From a candidate division WOR-3 bacterium (GTDB lineage: Bacteria > Hydrothermota > Tepidihabitantia > Tepidihabitantales > JAOUPE01): a stretch of 24,354 nucleotides of DNA. Position numbers and translations under genes: made by a program. How positions within the stretch are numbered: the stretch's first letter is position 1; every line of letters begins with the position of its first letter. The notes under the pieces are model-generated. The model saw nothing but the letters and a program-made list of their open reading frames with translations. It ran no database searches and was not told where the DNA came from. The stretch is taken from positions 1-24,354 of the forward strand of contig JBDRUX010000028.1 of NCBI GenBank assembly GCA_039801565.1, written 5' to 3'. Below are positions 11,946 through 20,150 of the stretch, one piece after another.

Positions 11946-12075
11946 GCAAAACTTGCAAAGCTCTGAGCTAAAACGAGCCAACCCTTTCCATTCCGATTTA
12001 CTTGAGAAGGTGACGCGGTTACCACTCCTACCGGTTGTTACTTCTTCTCTACTAAGCTTTGGTCTAATAACTTAA

Positions 12076-12743
12076 CTAAGTGTGATAGTAAGGTTTTATT
12101 AGTTTAGAAAGGGTATGGGCATAGCGGAGTGGCTCGGGAATTCGATATTTGGTACAACAGGCAAGAACAATTTTTTTAGAAGTTTCTAATGATACTAAGT
12201 GACCTGGCGAAACAAAGAGTGGTTTGGTATCAGTTTTGGTTCTTAAAACATAACCAATGACTTCATCATTATCAAACAAATTCGAAAACGACCCTTTCGA
12301 CCTTCCTGGCTCAGTATAATCACCAATCAATCTTGTCTTAGCACAACCGATAGTCGGTATGTTTAAGGTAGTTCCGATTGCGCAAGCTAACCCGGCCCGT
12401 CGGGGATGAGCAATACCTTGGCCATCCAATAAGATTATATCCGGTTTATGTTTAAGTTTATTAAAAGCAGCAACAATTGCTGGTTCTTCGCTCAAAAACA
12501 AAAAACCAGGGATGTAGGATAGGTAATTTTCACCTTAGAAGTTACTTGCTCAATGAGTTTTAATTCTGGGAAAGACAAAACAACAAATCCACCATAAGCG
12601 TAACTTTTGTCAAAGGCAACATCAACTCCACCAATCAAACTAATCGCTTTAAATCGGTCTTTTAGGATAATGTTCTGAGCTATAGCCTGTTGGCGGGTAA
12701 GATATCCATCAACCGTAAACCGGCTATCGCTATCCTTATTCAC
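12076..12743 (-). pseudogene. nfi: Endonuclease V split by a 1-nt frameshift (real or sequencing error)
   Basis: GGVDVAF in the first ORF; DGQGIAHPRRAG, IGCAK, PLFVSPGH and YRIPEPLR.AH in the second. Adding one base near 12516-12518 restores ITYPYIPGFL. Confidence 0.9.
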
Positions 12744-12799
12744 GGTTCAAAACCGGTTAAGAGTTCAAGATGGTTCAAAATTGTTCAAGATGTTCCAAT
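12744..12799. repeat. Degenerate 9-10-nt tandem repeat GTTCAA(G/A)A
   Basis: ggttcaaaa / ggttaaga / gttcaagat / ggttcaaaat / tgttcaagat / gttccaat. Confidence 0.6.
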
Positions 12800-12800
12800 C

Positions 12801-13085
12801 TCAGTAGAGTTTGTGAAATTCAGAATTAAGTAGTGTGAAGCGGGGATCGCTCACAAGAACGTTGACAATTTTATTAAAGATTCTTTCCACCGCTTGCCAC
12901 TCGGTATTAACACATACCATTGCCAATTGTGAACGCTGCCAGAGGTCTTGATGCGCTACCTCAGCGATCGAGATATTAAACTGGTTATGCAATTTTTGGG
13001 TCAATGAAAGCAGCACACGTCGTTTCTCTTTCAAAGAATGACCAGCGCCTAGAAGACAGTCAACGACCAAAAGACCAACGGTCAT
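12801..13085 (-). CDS. DUF503 (YlxP) family protein
   Basis: SLKEKR, FNISIAEV..QD.WQ; usual position downstream of infB. Confidence 0.92.
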   Translation of the reverse strand: MTVGLLVVDCLLGAGHSLKEKRRVLLSLTQKLHNQFNISIAEVAHQDLWQRSQLAMVCVNTEWQAVERIFNKIVNVLVSDPRFTLLNSEFHKLY

Positions 13086-13116
13086 TTATTTTAGTTTTTA
13101 GACTAACAATCAACCG

Positions 13117-15207
13117 TTAATCTCGGTTGGTAATACGCTGTGGGGCACGGGCAACTTCTTCAATCTTATATACCTCCAAAATATCCTCAGGTTGGACATC
13201 GGTAAGATTGGCGATCCCAACGCCACATTCATACCCGGCTTCGACTTCTTTCACATCTTGTTTGAAGCGTTTCAATGAAATAATTTTGCCTACAAAAATC
13301 TCCTCGCCTTGACGAAAGACCCTTGCCATTGCGTCACGTTCAATTTTGCCCTCTTGAACATAACAACCAGCGATTGTTCCGACCCGTGGTATAACAAAGA
13401 CTTGGCGGACCACGGCTTTGCCAATTATTTTTTCTCTTTTTTCGGGTTCTAACAGTCCGAGCATTGCGGCACGAATATCATCAATTGCGGAATAGATAAT
13501 ACGATAGGTTCGGATTTCAACTCCGACTTGGTCGGCTAATTGTTCGGCTTCGGCTAATGGTTCGCAGTGGAAGCCAACTACGATTGCTTCCGAGGCTTGG
13601 GCTAAGAGAACATCAGACACGGTTATCGAACCGACGCCAAAATGGATGATTCTAACCCGAACTTCATCTAAGGATAAGCCTTCCAAGGCTTCTTTTAGTG
13701 CTTCGGCTGAACCCCAGACATCGGCTTTTAGTATTACCTTGAGTTCTTTGACCTTGCCTTCCATAATTCGCTTCTGAAGGCTTTCTAAGGTTAATTTGGG
13801 GGCAGAAAGGAGTCGGTCGCGCTTTGCCATAAACCGGCGCTGGGCAATCTCGCGGGCGGTTCGTTCGTCGGAAACCACATCAAACCGGTCCCCCGGCTCC
13901 GGCAGACCCGAAAAACCAACGATTTGAACTGGAATTGAAGGGGTAGCTTCTTGTAAGCGGACAAAATTTTCTGACAGAAGGTCACGAACCCTGCCGTATT
14001 CACAACCGCAGACAAAAACATCACCCCGGCGCAAAGTGCCCTCCTGAATCAATACAGTAGCAAGATTACCTCTACCTTTACTAACTCTTGTTTCCAAAAC
14101 TATCCCTTTCGCCCTGCCCTCGTACCTTGCTTTAAGATTAAGTTCTAAACTGGTTAGAAAGATTGCGTCAAGCAATTCTTCGATGCCCTGTCCAGTATAG
14201 GCTGAAGTCTCAACACATAGGGTCGTGCCCCCATAACCTTCGACATTAAGATTATGCTGGGCAAGTTGTGCTTTTACCCGTTCGGGATTGGCTTGCGGCT
14301 TATCCATTTTAGTAATACAAACGATAACCGGTACACCAGCTGCTCGAGCATGATTTAAAGCTTCGATAGTTTGGGGCATAACTCCTTCATCACCTGCCAC
14401 CACTAAGATTGCGATATCGGTCACTCTTGCGCCCCGTGCCCGCATTGCGGTGAATGCCTCATGGCCTGGGGTGTCGAGGAAGGTAATTTTGGAATTTTTG
14501 TAATTTACCACATAAGCACCGGTGTGCTGAGTAATTCCTCCGTATTCGGTTTGAGCAACCTTGGTCTTTCGAATATAATCTAATAAAGCAGTTTTACCAT
14601 GGTCAACATGACCCATTACAACAACCACCGGCGGTCGCGGTTTCTCTTCACCTTGAACCTTTTCTTCACCAGGCTCAAGTAATTCTTCACTTTCGACTTC
14701 GACGGATACCCCAAACTCATCCGCCAAAAGCATAATTGTATCTAAATCTAACCTTTGATTTACCGTGGCTAATAATCCAATTTCTAAACACTTTTTAATG
14801 ACATCAGCACTTGGAACCGCAAAGGTATGGGCTAATTCCGCGACACTCATATAAGGACTGACTTTTACTTTTTTGGTTTCGGTTTGAACCGGACTGGTTG
14901 GTTTGGTTTTTTTGACCCGATGCTTTATCTCCCGCTTTTCCAATTTTCGAATCGTCTGTTTGATTGATTCCTCAATTTTCTCCTCAACCACAGCACTTCG
15001 GGTTGCTTCCTTCTTTGGCGCGCCTTTTGACTTTAATGATTTTTTATAAAACGACTTTTCCTTTCGTAACTTCTCAGCAACCGCTTTATATTCTTCTGGC
15101 TCAATATAAGCGGTATAGCCCCGTGCCGGATAACCTAAGGACTTTAAGATTGATACCAATGCCTCGGATGAAAGGTTAAGATTAGCCGCTGCGTCGCAGA
15201 TTCTCAT
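13117..15207 (-). CDS. infB: Translation initiation factor IF-2
   Basis: [55 protein letters not shown]. Start 15207 (ATGA overlap with nusA) or 15213. Confidence 0.98.
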   Translation of the reverse strand: MRICDAAANLNLSSEALVSILKSLGYPARGYTAYIEPEEYKAVAEKLRKEKSFYKKSLKSKGAPKKEATRSAVVEEKIEESIKQTIRKLEKREIKHRVKKTKPTSPVQTETKKVKVSPYMSVAELAHTFAVPSADVIKKCLEIGLLATVNQRLDLDTIMLLADEFGVSVEVESEELLEPGEEKVQGEEKPRPPVVVVMGHVDHGKTALLDYIRKTKVAQTEYGGITQHTGAYVVNYKNSKITFLDTPGHEAFTAMRARGARVTDIAILVVAGDEGVMPQTIEALNHARAAGVPVIVCITKMDKPQANPERVKAQLAQHNLNVEGYGGTTLCVETSAYTGQGIEELLDAIFLTSLELNLKARYEGRAKGIVLETRVSKGRGNLATVLIQEGTLRRGDVFVCGCEYGRVRDLLSENFVRLQEATPSIPVQIVGFSGLPEPGDRFDVVSDERTAREIAQRRFMAKRDRLLSAPKLTLESLQKRIMEGKVKELKVILKADVWGSAEALKEALEGLSLDEVRVRIIHFGVGSITVSDVLLAQASEAIVVGFHCEPLAEAEQLADQVGVEIRTYRIIYSAIDDIRAAMLGLLEPEKREKIIGKAVVRQVFVIPRVGTIAGCYVQEGKIERDAMARVFRQGEEIFVGKIISLKRFKQDVKEVEAGYECGVGIANLTDVQPEDILEVYKIEEVARAPQRITNRD

Positions 15208-16439
15208 TCGCATAATTGATTACGCACATCCTTTTTTAACTCTTCGATTTTTTCGATTGCAAGATTGGTCGATTTTGCTAACTCTTCACTGGGTGCATTA
15301 AGCAAATCGAAAGCAGTAAAGATTTGGGCGTCCTGCAGTTTTGTGGTAACTTCTTCGGAAAGTTCAAGGGCGGCAATTGATTTTGTCTTTGCCTTATCCA
15401 TCAAAACGCGGTTTTTATAGTCACTCTGCTTTAAGACTTCTACTTTCGCTCCAACTAATAGACTAGCTAACCAGACATTTTGCCCTTTTTTACCAATCGC
15501 CACGGAAAAGTCCGAATCCGGCACAATGACAATATAGGATTCACCTTCTTTAATGACTTCGCTGACTTTAGCCGGACCTAAGGCTCGGGGAATAAACACT
15601 TGTAAGTCCTTACTCCACTCGACAATGTCAATCTTTTCTCCGGAAAGTTCTTTAATAATATTTTCGATTCTGGACTTGCGGAATCCCACACAAGCTCCGA
15701 CCGGATCAATCTTTTCATCATTGGAACTGACCGCAACTTTGGAACGCGAGCCAGGCACTCGGGCAATACCTTTAATCTCAACCACACCTTGACGAATTTC
15801 TGGAACTTCTTTAAATAAAAGTTTTTTTAGGAATTCAGGGTGGGTTCGGGAAAGGAAGATGCGTGGTCCAATTGGTGTCTTCTCAACTCGATGGACATAC
15901 GCCTTCAGGGGCATACCTTGCCGATAATGGTCAGTTTTTAATTGCTCTCGATTCGGCAAACTCGCTTCAATTAAACCTAAGTTCACGATGATTTCGTCCC
16001 TGCCAATTTTCTGGACGGTTCCGGTCACAATCTCACCTTTCTTTTTGACAAATTCGTCATAAAGTTTATTTCGCTCCGCTTCCCTTAACTTTAACATCAA
16101 CTCGTCAGAAGCTTTACGAATTGCAATTCGGCCAATTTCAGCTAAAGGCAATTCGATTCTTAATGTCTCACCAACCTTGATATTAGGATTTAACTCTTTT
16201 GCTTTACTTAATTCAATTTCCTGCACCGACTCTGTAGGGTTTGCAACAACTTTTTTGATTAAATAGACCTTGATATCCCCGGTCTCAGGTGTGACCTCGA
16301 CCTCGGCTTCGGTGTTCTCACCAAACCGTCGTTTCAAACCAGCGATGATACTTAACTTCAATGTCTGAACCACATAGTTAATATCCACATTACGGACCCG
16401 AGCGATCTGCGTAATTAAATTACTAATTTCCTTATTCAT
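15204..16439 (-). CDS. nusA: Transcription termination/antitermination factor NusA
   Basis: S1 and KH domains: LSRTHP, EVPEI, ARVPG.RSKVAV, DPVGACVG, AIGKKGQNV.LA. Confidence 0.97.
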   Translation of the reverse strand: MNKEISNLITQIARVRNVDINYVVQTLKLSIIAGLKRRFGENTEAEVEVTPETGDIKVYLIKKVVANPTESVQEIELSKAKELNPNIKVGETLRIELPLAEIGRIAIRKASDELMLKLREAERNKLYDEFVKKKGEIVTGTVQKIGRDEIIVNLGLIEASLPNREQLKTDHYRQGMPLKAYVHRVEKTPIGPRIFLSRTHPEFLKKLLFKEVPEIRQGVVEIKGIARVPGSRSKVAVSSNDEKIDPVGACVGFRKSRIENIIKELSGEKIDIVEWSKDLQVFIPRALGPAKVSEVIKEGESYIVIVPDSDFSVAIGKKGQNVWLASLLVGAKVEVLKQSDYKNRVLMDKAKTKSIAALELSEEVTTKLQDAQIFTAFDLLNAPSEELAKSTNLAIEKIEELKKDVRNQLCE

Positions 16440-16980
16440 CGTTACTCCTTGTCGAACATCTCAAATGATTTAAACTTTTTTCTGTCAATGGTAATAAATT
16501 GGTTTGACTGAACAGAATTTCACTTGAGACCACAAGGTGGCCAGACTTAATATCGGAGTAAGGGATAATAATCGGTTCAGTCATTTCAGCAATGCCCGAA
16601 TTATTCTTTTTTGATTGCTGAGTAATCGCTAATTTTACTTTATCATTATCGGCTGCCAAAATTCTCCCCAGGATGACTCCGTATTTAGTATTCAATTGGC
16701 AATCGGAACCGATGGCGCGTTGATAGTGGACCGGGGTAAATAACCCGCGTTCAACTCCTGGGGATGAAACCTCTAACCGATAGCGGTGCGGAATCAAATC
16801 AACCGCATCCAGCCTTGCCGATAAACTCTGAGAAACTAAAGCGCAGGTCTCAACTGTTATCGGGCTTTTCTTTGATTCAATCCAAACCCTCAATACATTT
16901 TTCTTAAATTCAAGATGGTAGATTTCTAAGCCAAAAGTATCAACTACCTTTTGCACCAATTCAAATAATTTTTCTTTCAT
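16432..16980 (-). CDS. rimP: Ribosome maturation factor RimP
   Basis: LRVWIE, TVETC..VS, LD..D.I...Y.LEVSSPG.ER.L; upstream of nusA. Confidence 0.93.
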   Translation of the reverse strand: MKEKLFELVQKVVDTFGLEIYHLEFKKNVLRVWIESKKSPITVETCALVSQSLSARLDAVDLIPHRYRLEVSSPGVERGLFTPVHYQRAIGSDCQLNTKYGVILGRILAADNDKVKLAITQQSKKNNSGIAEMTEPIIIPYSDIKSGHLVVSSEILFSQTNLLPLTEKSLNHLRCSTRSNDE

Positions 16981-16986
16981 AACCTA

Positions 16987-17014
16987 ATTATAATCGCTTT
17001 TTCTCTTTTGTCAA
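16987..17014 (-). promoter_or_regulatory. Consensus sigma-70 promoter of rimP-nusA-infB, leaderless spacing
   Basis: TTGACA-16 nt-TATAAT, then 6 nt to the ATG at 16980. Confidence 0.75.
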
Positions 17015-17233
17015 GCCAACCGTCCGATGATATGGTTTTTAGATATTGACTATCAGTTGTTGAACTAAAACCCAGCAACCAAAAACTGGAAAATAATATG
17101 GTTAAGATTAAACGGTCGCATAGATATAATATATTGATTCTGTGAATGTTATAAAAAGCAAGTCTTAAGATTTATCGTTTTGTCGCACTTTGATATTAAA
17201 ATTTAAAATGAAATTTATTTTTAATCCGTATTG

Positions 17234-17246
17234 TAAGTCTTTGGTA
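17234..17246 (+). promoter_or_regulatory. IHF-like site upstream of the sigma-54 promoter
   Basis: TAAGTCTTTGGTA versus consensus YAANNNNTTGATW (one mismatch), in AT-rich context. Confidence 0.45.
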
Positions 17247-17282
17247 AATAAAATCTTATATTGTAGAATTTAAATCATCGGT

Positions 17283-17298
17283 TGGCACGGTAAATGCT
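17283..17298 (+). promoter_or_regulatory. Sigma-54 (-24/-12) promoter
   Basis: TGGCACGGTAAATGCT versus TGGCACG-N4-TTGCW: exact GG-N10-GC spacing, one mismatch. Predicted start about 17309. Confidence 0.85.
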
Positions 17299-17412
17299 AC
17301 AAAAAGATATAGGTTCTTTTACAACCGGGACAATGACGAAGGGGGTGCCCTAATTCGGGTTCCTCTGATAGGCGGCTTTAGGACCATTTGGCACCTCCTT
17401 CTGGGGAATTTG

Positions 17413-17425
17413 TGTTCTTTAACAA
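17413..17425 (+). promoter_or_regulatory. boxA-like antitermination motif (second copy at 17312-17324)
   Basis: TGTTCTTTAACAA versus rrn boxA TGCTCTTTAACAA. The upstream copy is GGTTCTTTTACAA. Confidence 0.7.
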
Positions 17426-17830
17426 TTGGGAATAGATTTATCATCGGGTACTCGCATCTATCACCTCCTTACCGCATCGCAAGGGAGTTATAGGGCAGGA
17501 AAGGTGAAGATAGCCAATCCTTGGGGTCTCTCTGCCATCTTCAACCCTCTTGCCTTTCTCCTCAGGTTTTTTAAACTTTCCTGCCCTATAACTTTCTCGG
17601 GAGAAGAGAGTATCTGTAATGCGGACACTGCAACTGATGAGGGGATTAATGGTTTGAATATTAAAAAGCGGTTGCGTGGTGTTAAATCGCACAGAGCTAA
17701 AATTGTTGCAGTGTCCGCTTATGGAGATTCAATCGGGGGCCGGCATCTTAGCCTCCTTCTTGGGAATTCTTTAGCCCATGCCCAAGTCCTTTCAAAATTC
17801 GGCCCCCTCCCTTTTGTGTAGGAGGTGATT

Positions 17831-18010
17831 TTGGAGAGCAATTTTTTACTCGATGAGGGTGAACTTAAAAGCATTGGAAGTAGGGGCAATGCTTTGGGTC
17901 AACTTAGGGGCTACGGTATGCCTGAACGCACCGTACCAGTAAAAAAACGGATGCCACCTCAATATGAAATTATATTGGGCACTCCAAGGGCGGTCCCAGG
18001 GTACTTGTAG
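17831..18010 (+). CDS. Possible 59-aa upstream ORF within the structured RNA
   Basis: Perfect extended SD AGGAGGTGAT (17820-29) before TTG 17831, open to TAG 18010. No recognisable homology. Confidence 0.3.
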   Translation: MESNFLLDEGELKSIGSRGNALGQLRGYGMPERTVPVKKRMPPQYEIILGTPRAVPGYL

Positions 18011-18039
18011 CCCTTTTAATTTAGTTTTAGGAGGTGTGA

Positions 18040-20064
18040 GTGGATTCGGACAAAAAAAATCGAAAAAAAATTATTGCCGAACTGGGCAAAATTTCCGCAT
18101 TATTACCCATTTCGGCAGGACTATTTCTTTTTGGTCTTTTTTGTTTGAAAAGCCCGGAATTGCCGAGTTGGGATACGGAAATTACGATTCCCCTAATTAA
18201 TGATTCCTATGGCGTGGCTGATTTACTCGCCATTTCTAATAAATTCAGGATTTCCGAAGATTCAACTTTAGAGTTTTATTCCGAATTCAATATTGATACA
18301 ATTACGCCACGCCGAATTCTAAACCTCTTGGCACAAAATTATCACTGCAATCTCTCCTTAAGCGAATTTCAAATTGATTCTTTATATGTTGGGCGAATTG
18401 TCTTGTTATTACAAGACATTGTGGGTTTTTGGTTACCAGAAACTACTATTAGAGTGGTAATCCCACCTTTTACTCAAAATCTGAATTATCTGGTTAATTT
18501 AGTTGATATTCAGTCCTTAGAATTGAATAAGGGTATTTGGAAGTATCGGGTTTGCAATTTTACCTCCCTTAGTTTTGATTCTTTAACTTTAAATAGTTCG
18601 GCGCTCCCTTATTTCCGGGCAATAGGGATTGGCGCCAATTCGACTCGAATCTTTGAGGAAAGAGTTGAACAGGCCTATCTCGAAAATCCCATCCCAGTTG
18701 AAATTGGAATTAGTTCACCCGGCTCGTTTCCAGATTCAATTTATGCTTCTGGGTTAGATTCAATAGTGATTGAACTCGTAATTGATTCATTACGAGTTAA
18801 TAGGGGTATCATTCGGCCACCTCAGACCCGTGCTGAGATGATGACAACAATAAACTTAACTAGTGACCAACGATTTCGCATTGATAGTTTGGAATTAGCA
18901 ACCGGCGAGGCTTGGTTAAATTTTACTAATACTCTGCCAATGGCAATTTGGCTTAATTTGTCAATCGAGATAATCGGTTACAACCAAACATTTCGGATTG
19001 AACCCAACGGTAGTATTTTGGTACCAATTCCGCTTGCCGGACTTAAACTCGGACGCAATTCAGATATGCCAAGTCAAGGTTCCAATGAGGAGAATATAGC
19101 CTTTCGGGTTTTTGTCAATTTAACCTCTGAGCCTGGTTCGGACTTTGTTGCCTTGGAATACGGTGATGGGCTACAGGGTAACTACAGTTTAACCAATTTA
19201 AATTTTCGCTTCCTGGCTGGTGAACTTTTGCAACCGATTTATATCTCATCACCCGAAAAGACACTTTTTTCCTTTCCCGGACAGAACCCAATTGGAATTA
19301 AAGTAGCAAGAGCAGAAGTCGGTTTACATCTTGTGAATACGATTGGTTTTTCGGCTTTAGTTCAATTTCGGACCTTTGCCCGCAAAAATAATGGCGACAG
19401 TATTTCGCAAATTCAAGAAATTACGATTCGGCCGGGTAGTTATTCGACACCGAGTGAAATCAATCGGACAATTCCAGTTACCGAGGTCGTGAATTTTGGT
19501 GCTGGTACGATAAAGTTTGCTACCGCAATCCGGATTTATGGTCGAGGTCGAGTTGATGCCAATTCCTTTGCCCGGGGCAATGGTTTTTTAAGTACGCCGT
19601 TGCGGATTGCATTTAAAACCGACACTACTTGTTTTGGCAACTACCGGTTCAGCCTTTCGGAAAAAGACCGCCAAGCAATTACGGATTGGCTGACCGGTAA
19701 AAATGGTATCCGATTGATTGATGCTCAATTCGTTTGTGATTTTGCCAACCATTTCCCAATCGGTTTTGACGGACGATTGGTCATCACCAAAGACTCCATC
19801 TCGGAGTCTACGGATTCGATTGTTTTTCCAATACAAATTCCAGCCGGAGTGATTGGTGGCGAGATGTTATCCCGACACTGTACCCAAGCAACTGACTCCA
19901 CGATTACAATTGGACTTGCCCAAGAAGCGATTAGCTTTTTTACTAACCCGATGCTATTTAGTCATTTGACTCTTTATATCCCAGCCAGTGATACGGTGAC
20001 GATTCGTCCTGAAGACCAGTTAAGTTTTCTTTCCCGCGCGGCAATAAGATTACGGGTGAAATGA
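18040..20064 (+). CDS. Large beta-rich putative lipoprotein of unknown function
   Basis: AGGAGG SD at 18029; basic N-terminus, hydrophobic stretch ending LFC, then P.LPSWD.EI.IPL; sequence rich in predicted beta-strands. Confidence 0.8.
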   Translation: MDSDKKNRKKIIAELGKISALLPISAGLFLFGLFCLKSPELPSWDTEITIPLINDSYGVADLLAISNKFRISEDSTLEFYSEFNIDTITPRRILNLLAQNYHCNLSLSEFQIDSLYVGRIVLLLQDIVGFWLPETTIRVVIPPFTQNLNYLVNLVDIQSLELNKGIWKYRVCNFTSLSFDSLTLNSSALPYFRAIGIGANSTRIFEERVEQAYLENPIPVEIGISSPGSFPDSIYASGLDSIVIELVIDSLRVNRGIIRPPQTRAEMMTTINLTSDQRFRIDSLELATGEAWLNFTNTLPMAIWLNLSIEIIGYNQTFRIEPNGSILVPIPLAGLKLGRNSDMPSQGSNEENIAFRVFVNLTSEPGSDFVALEYGDGLQGNYSLTNLNFRFLAGELLQPIYISSPEKTLFSFPGQNPIGIKVARAEVGLHLVNTIGFSALVQFRTFARKNNGDSISQIQEITIRPGSYSTPSEINRTIPVTEVVNFGAGTIKFATAIRIYGRGRVDANSFARGNGFLSTPLRIAFKTDTTCFGNYRFSLSEKDRQAITDWLTGKNGIRLIDAQFVCDFANHFPIGFDGRLVITKDSISESTDSIVFPIQIPAGVIGGEMLSRHCTQATDSTITIGLAQEAISFFTNPMLFSHLTLYIPASDTVTIRPEDQLSFLSRAAIRLRVK

Positions 20065-20090
20065 AAAAACTGACAACTTTGGTATTTCGC

Positions 20091-20150
20091 TTAAACAGCC
20101 TTGAACTATTTTAAACTTTTATTTTTAATCCAAACCCTTTCGGCTATGCC
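20091..20150 (+). repeat. 60-bp direct repeat, copy A
   Basis: 55/60 identical to 22801-22860. Confidence 0.95.

Larger units (their letters stand above)
17309..18015 (+). ncRNA. Unrecognised long structured RNA or leader with multiple stems, two boxA motifs and anti-SD copies
   Basis: Inverted repeats at 17338-49/17390-401, 17486-503/17576-93 (18 bp perfect), 17621-34/17705-18 (14 bp perfect), 17735-42/17800-07, 17868-76/17887-95 and 17908-24/17997-18013. No recognisable protein is encoded. Confidence 0.75.

Noticed and set aside
17426..17821. 131-aa (+) and 83-aa (-) ORFs across the structured region
   Set aside because: No SD, no recognisable motifs, and they run through perfect inverted repeats better explained as RNA structure.
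17309..18015. tRNA cluster, rRNA remnant or CRISPR array
   Set aside because: Inserts are tRNA-sized but lack T-loop GTTCRA and cloverleaf arms. Only 12 nt match the 16S 3' end and the preceding helix-45 sequence is missing. No repeated direct-repeat unit and no cas genes.
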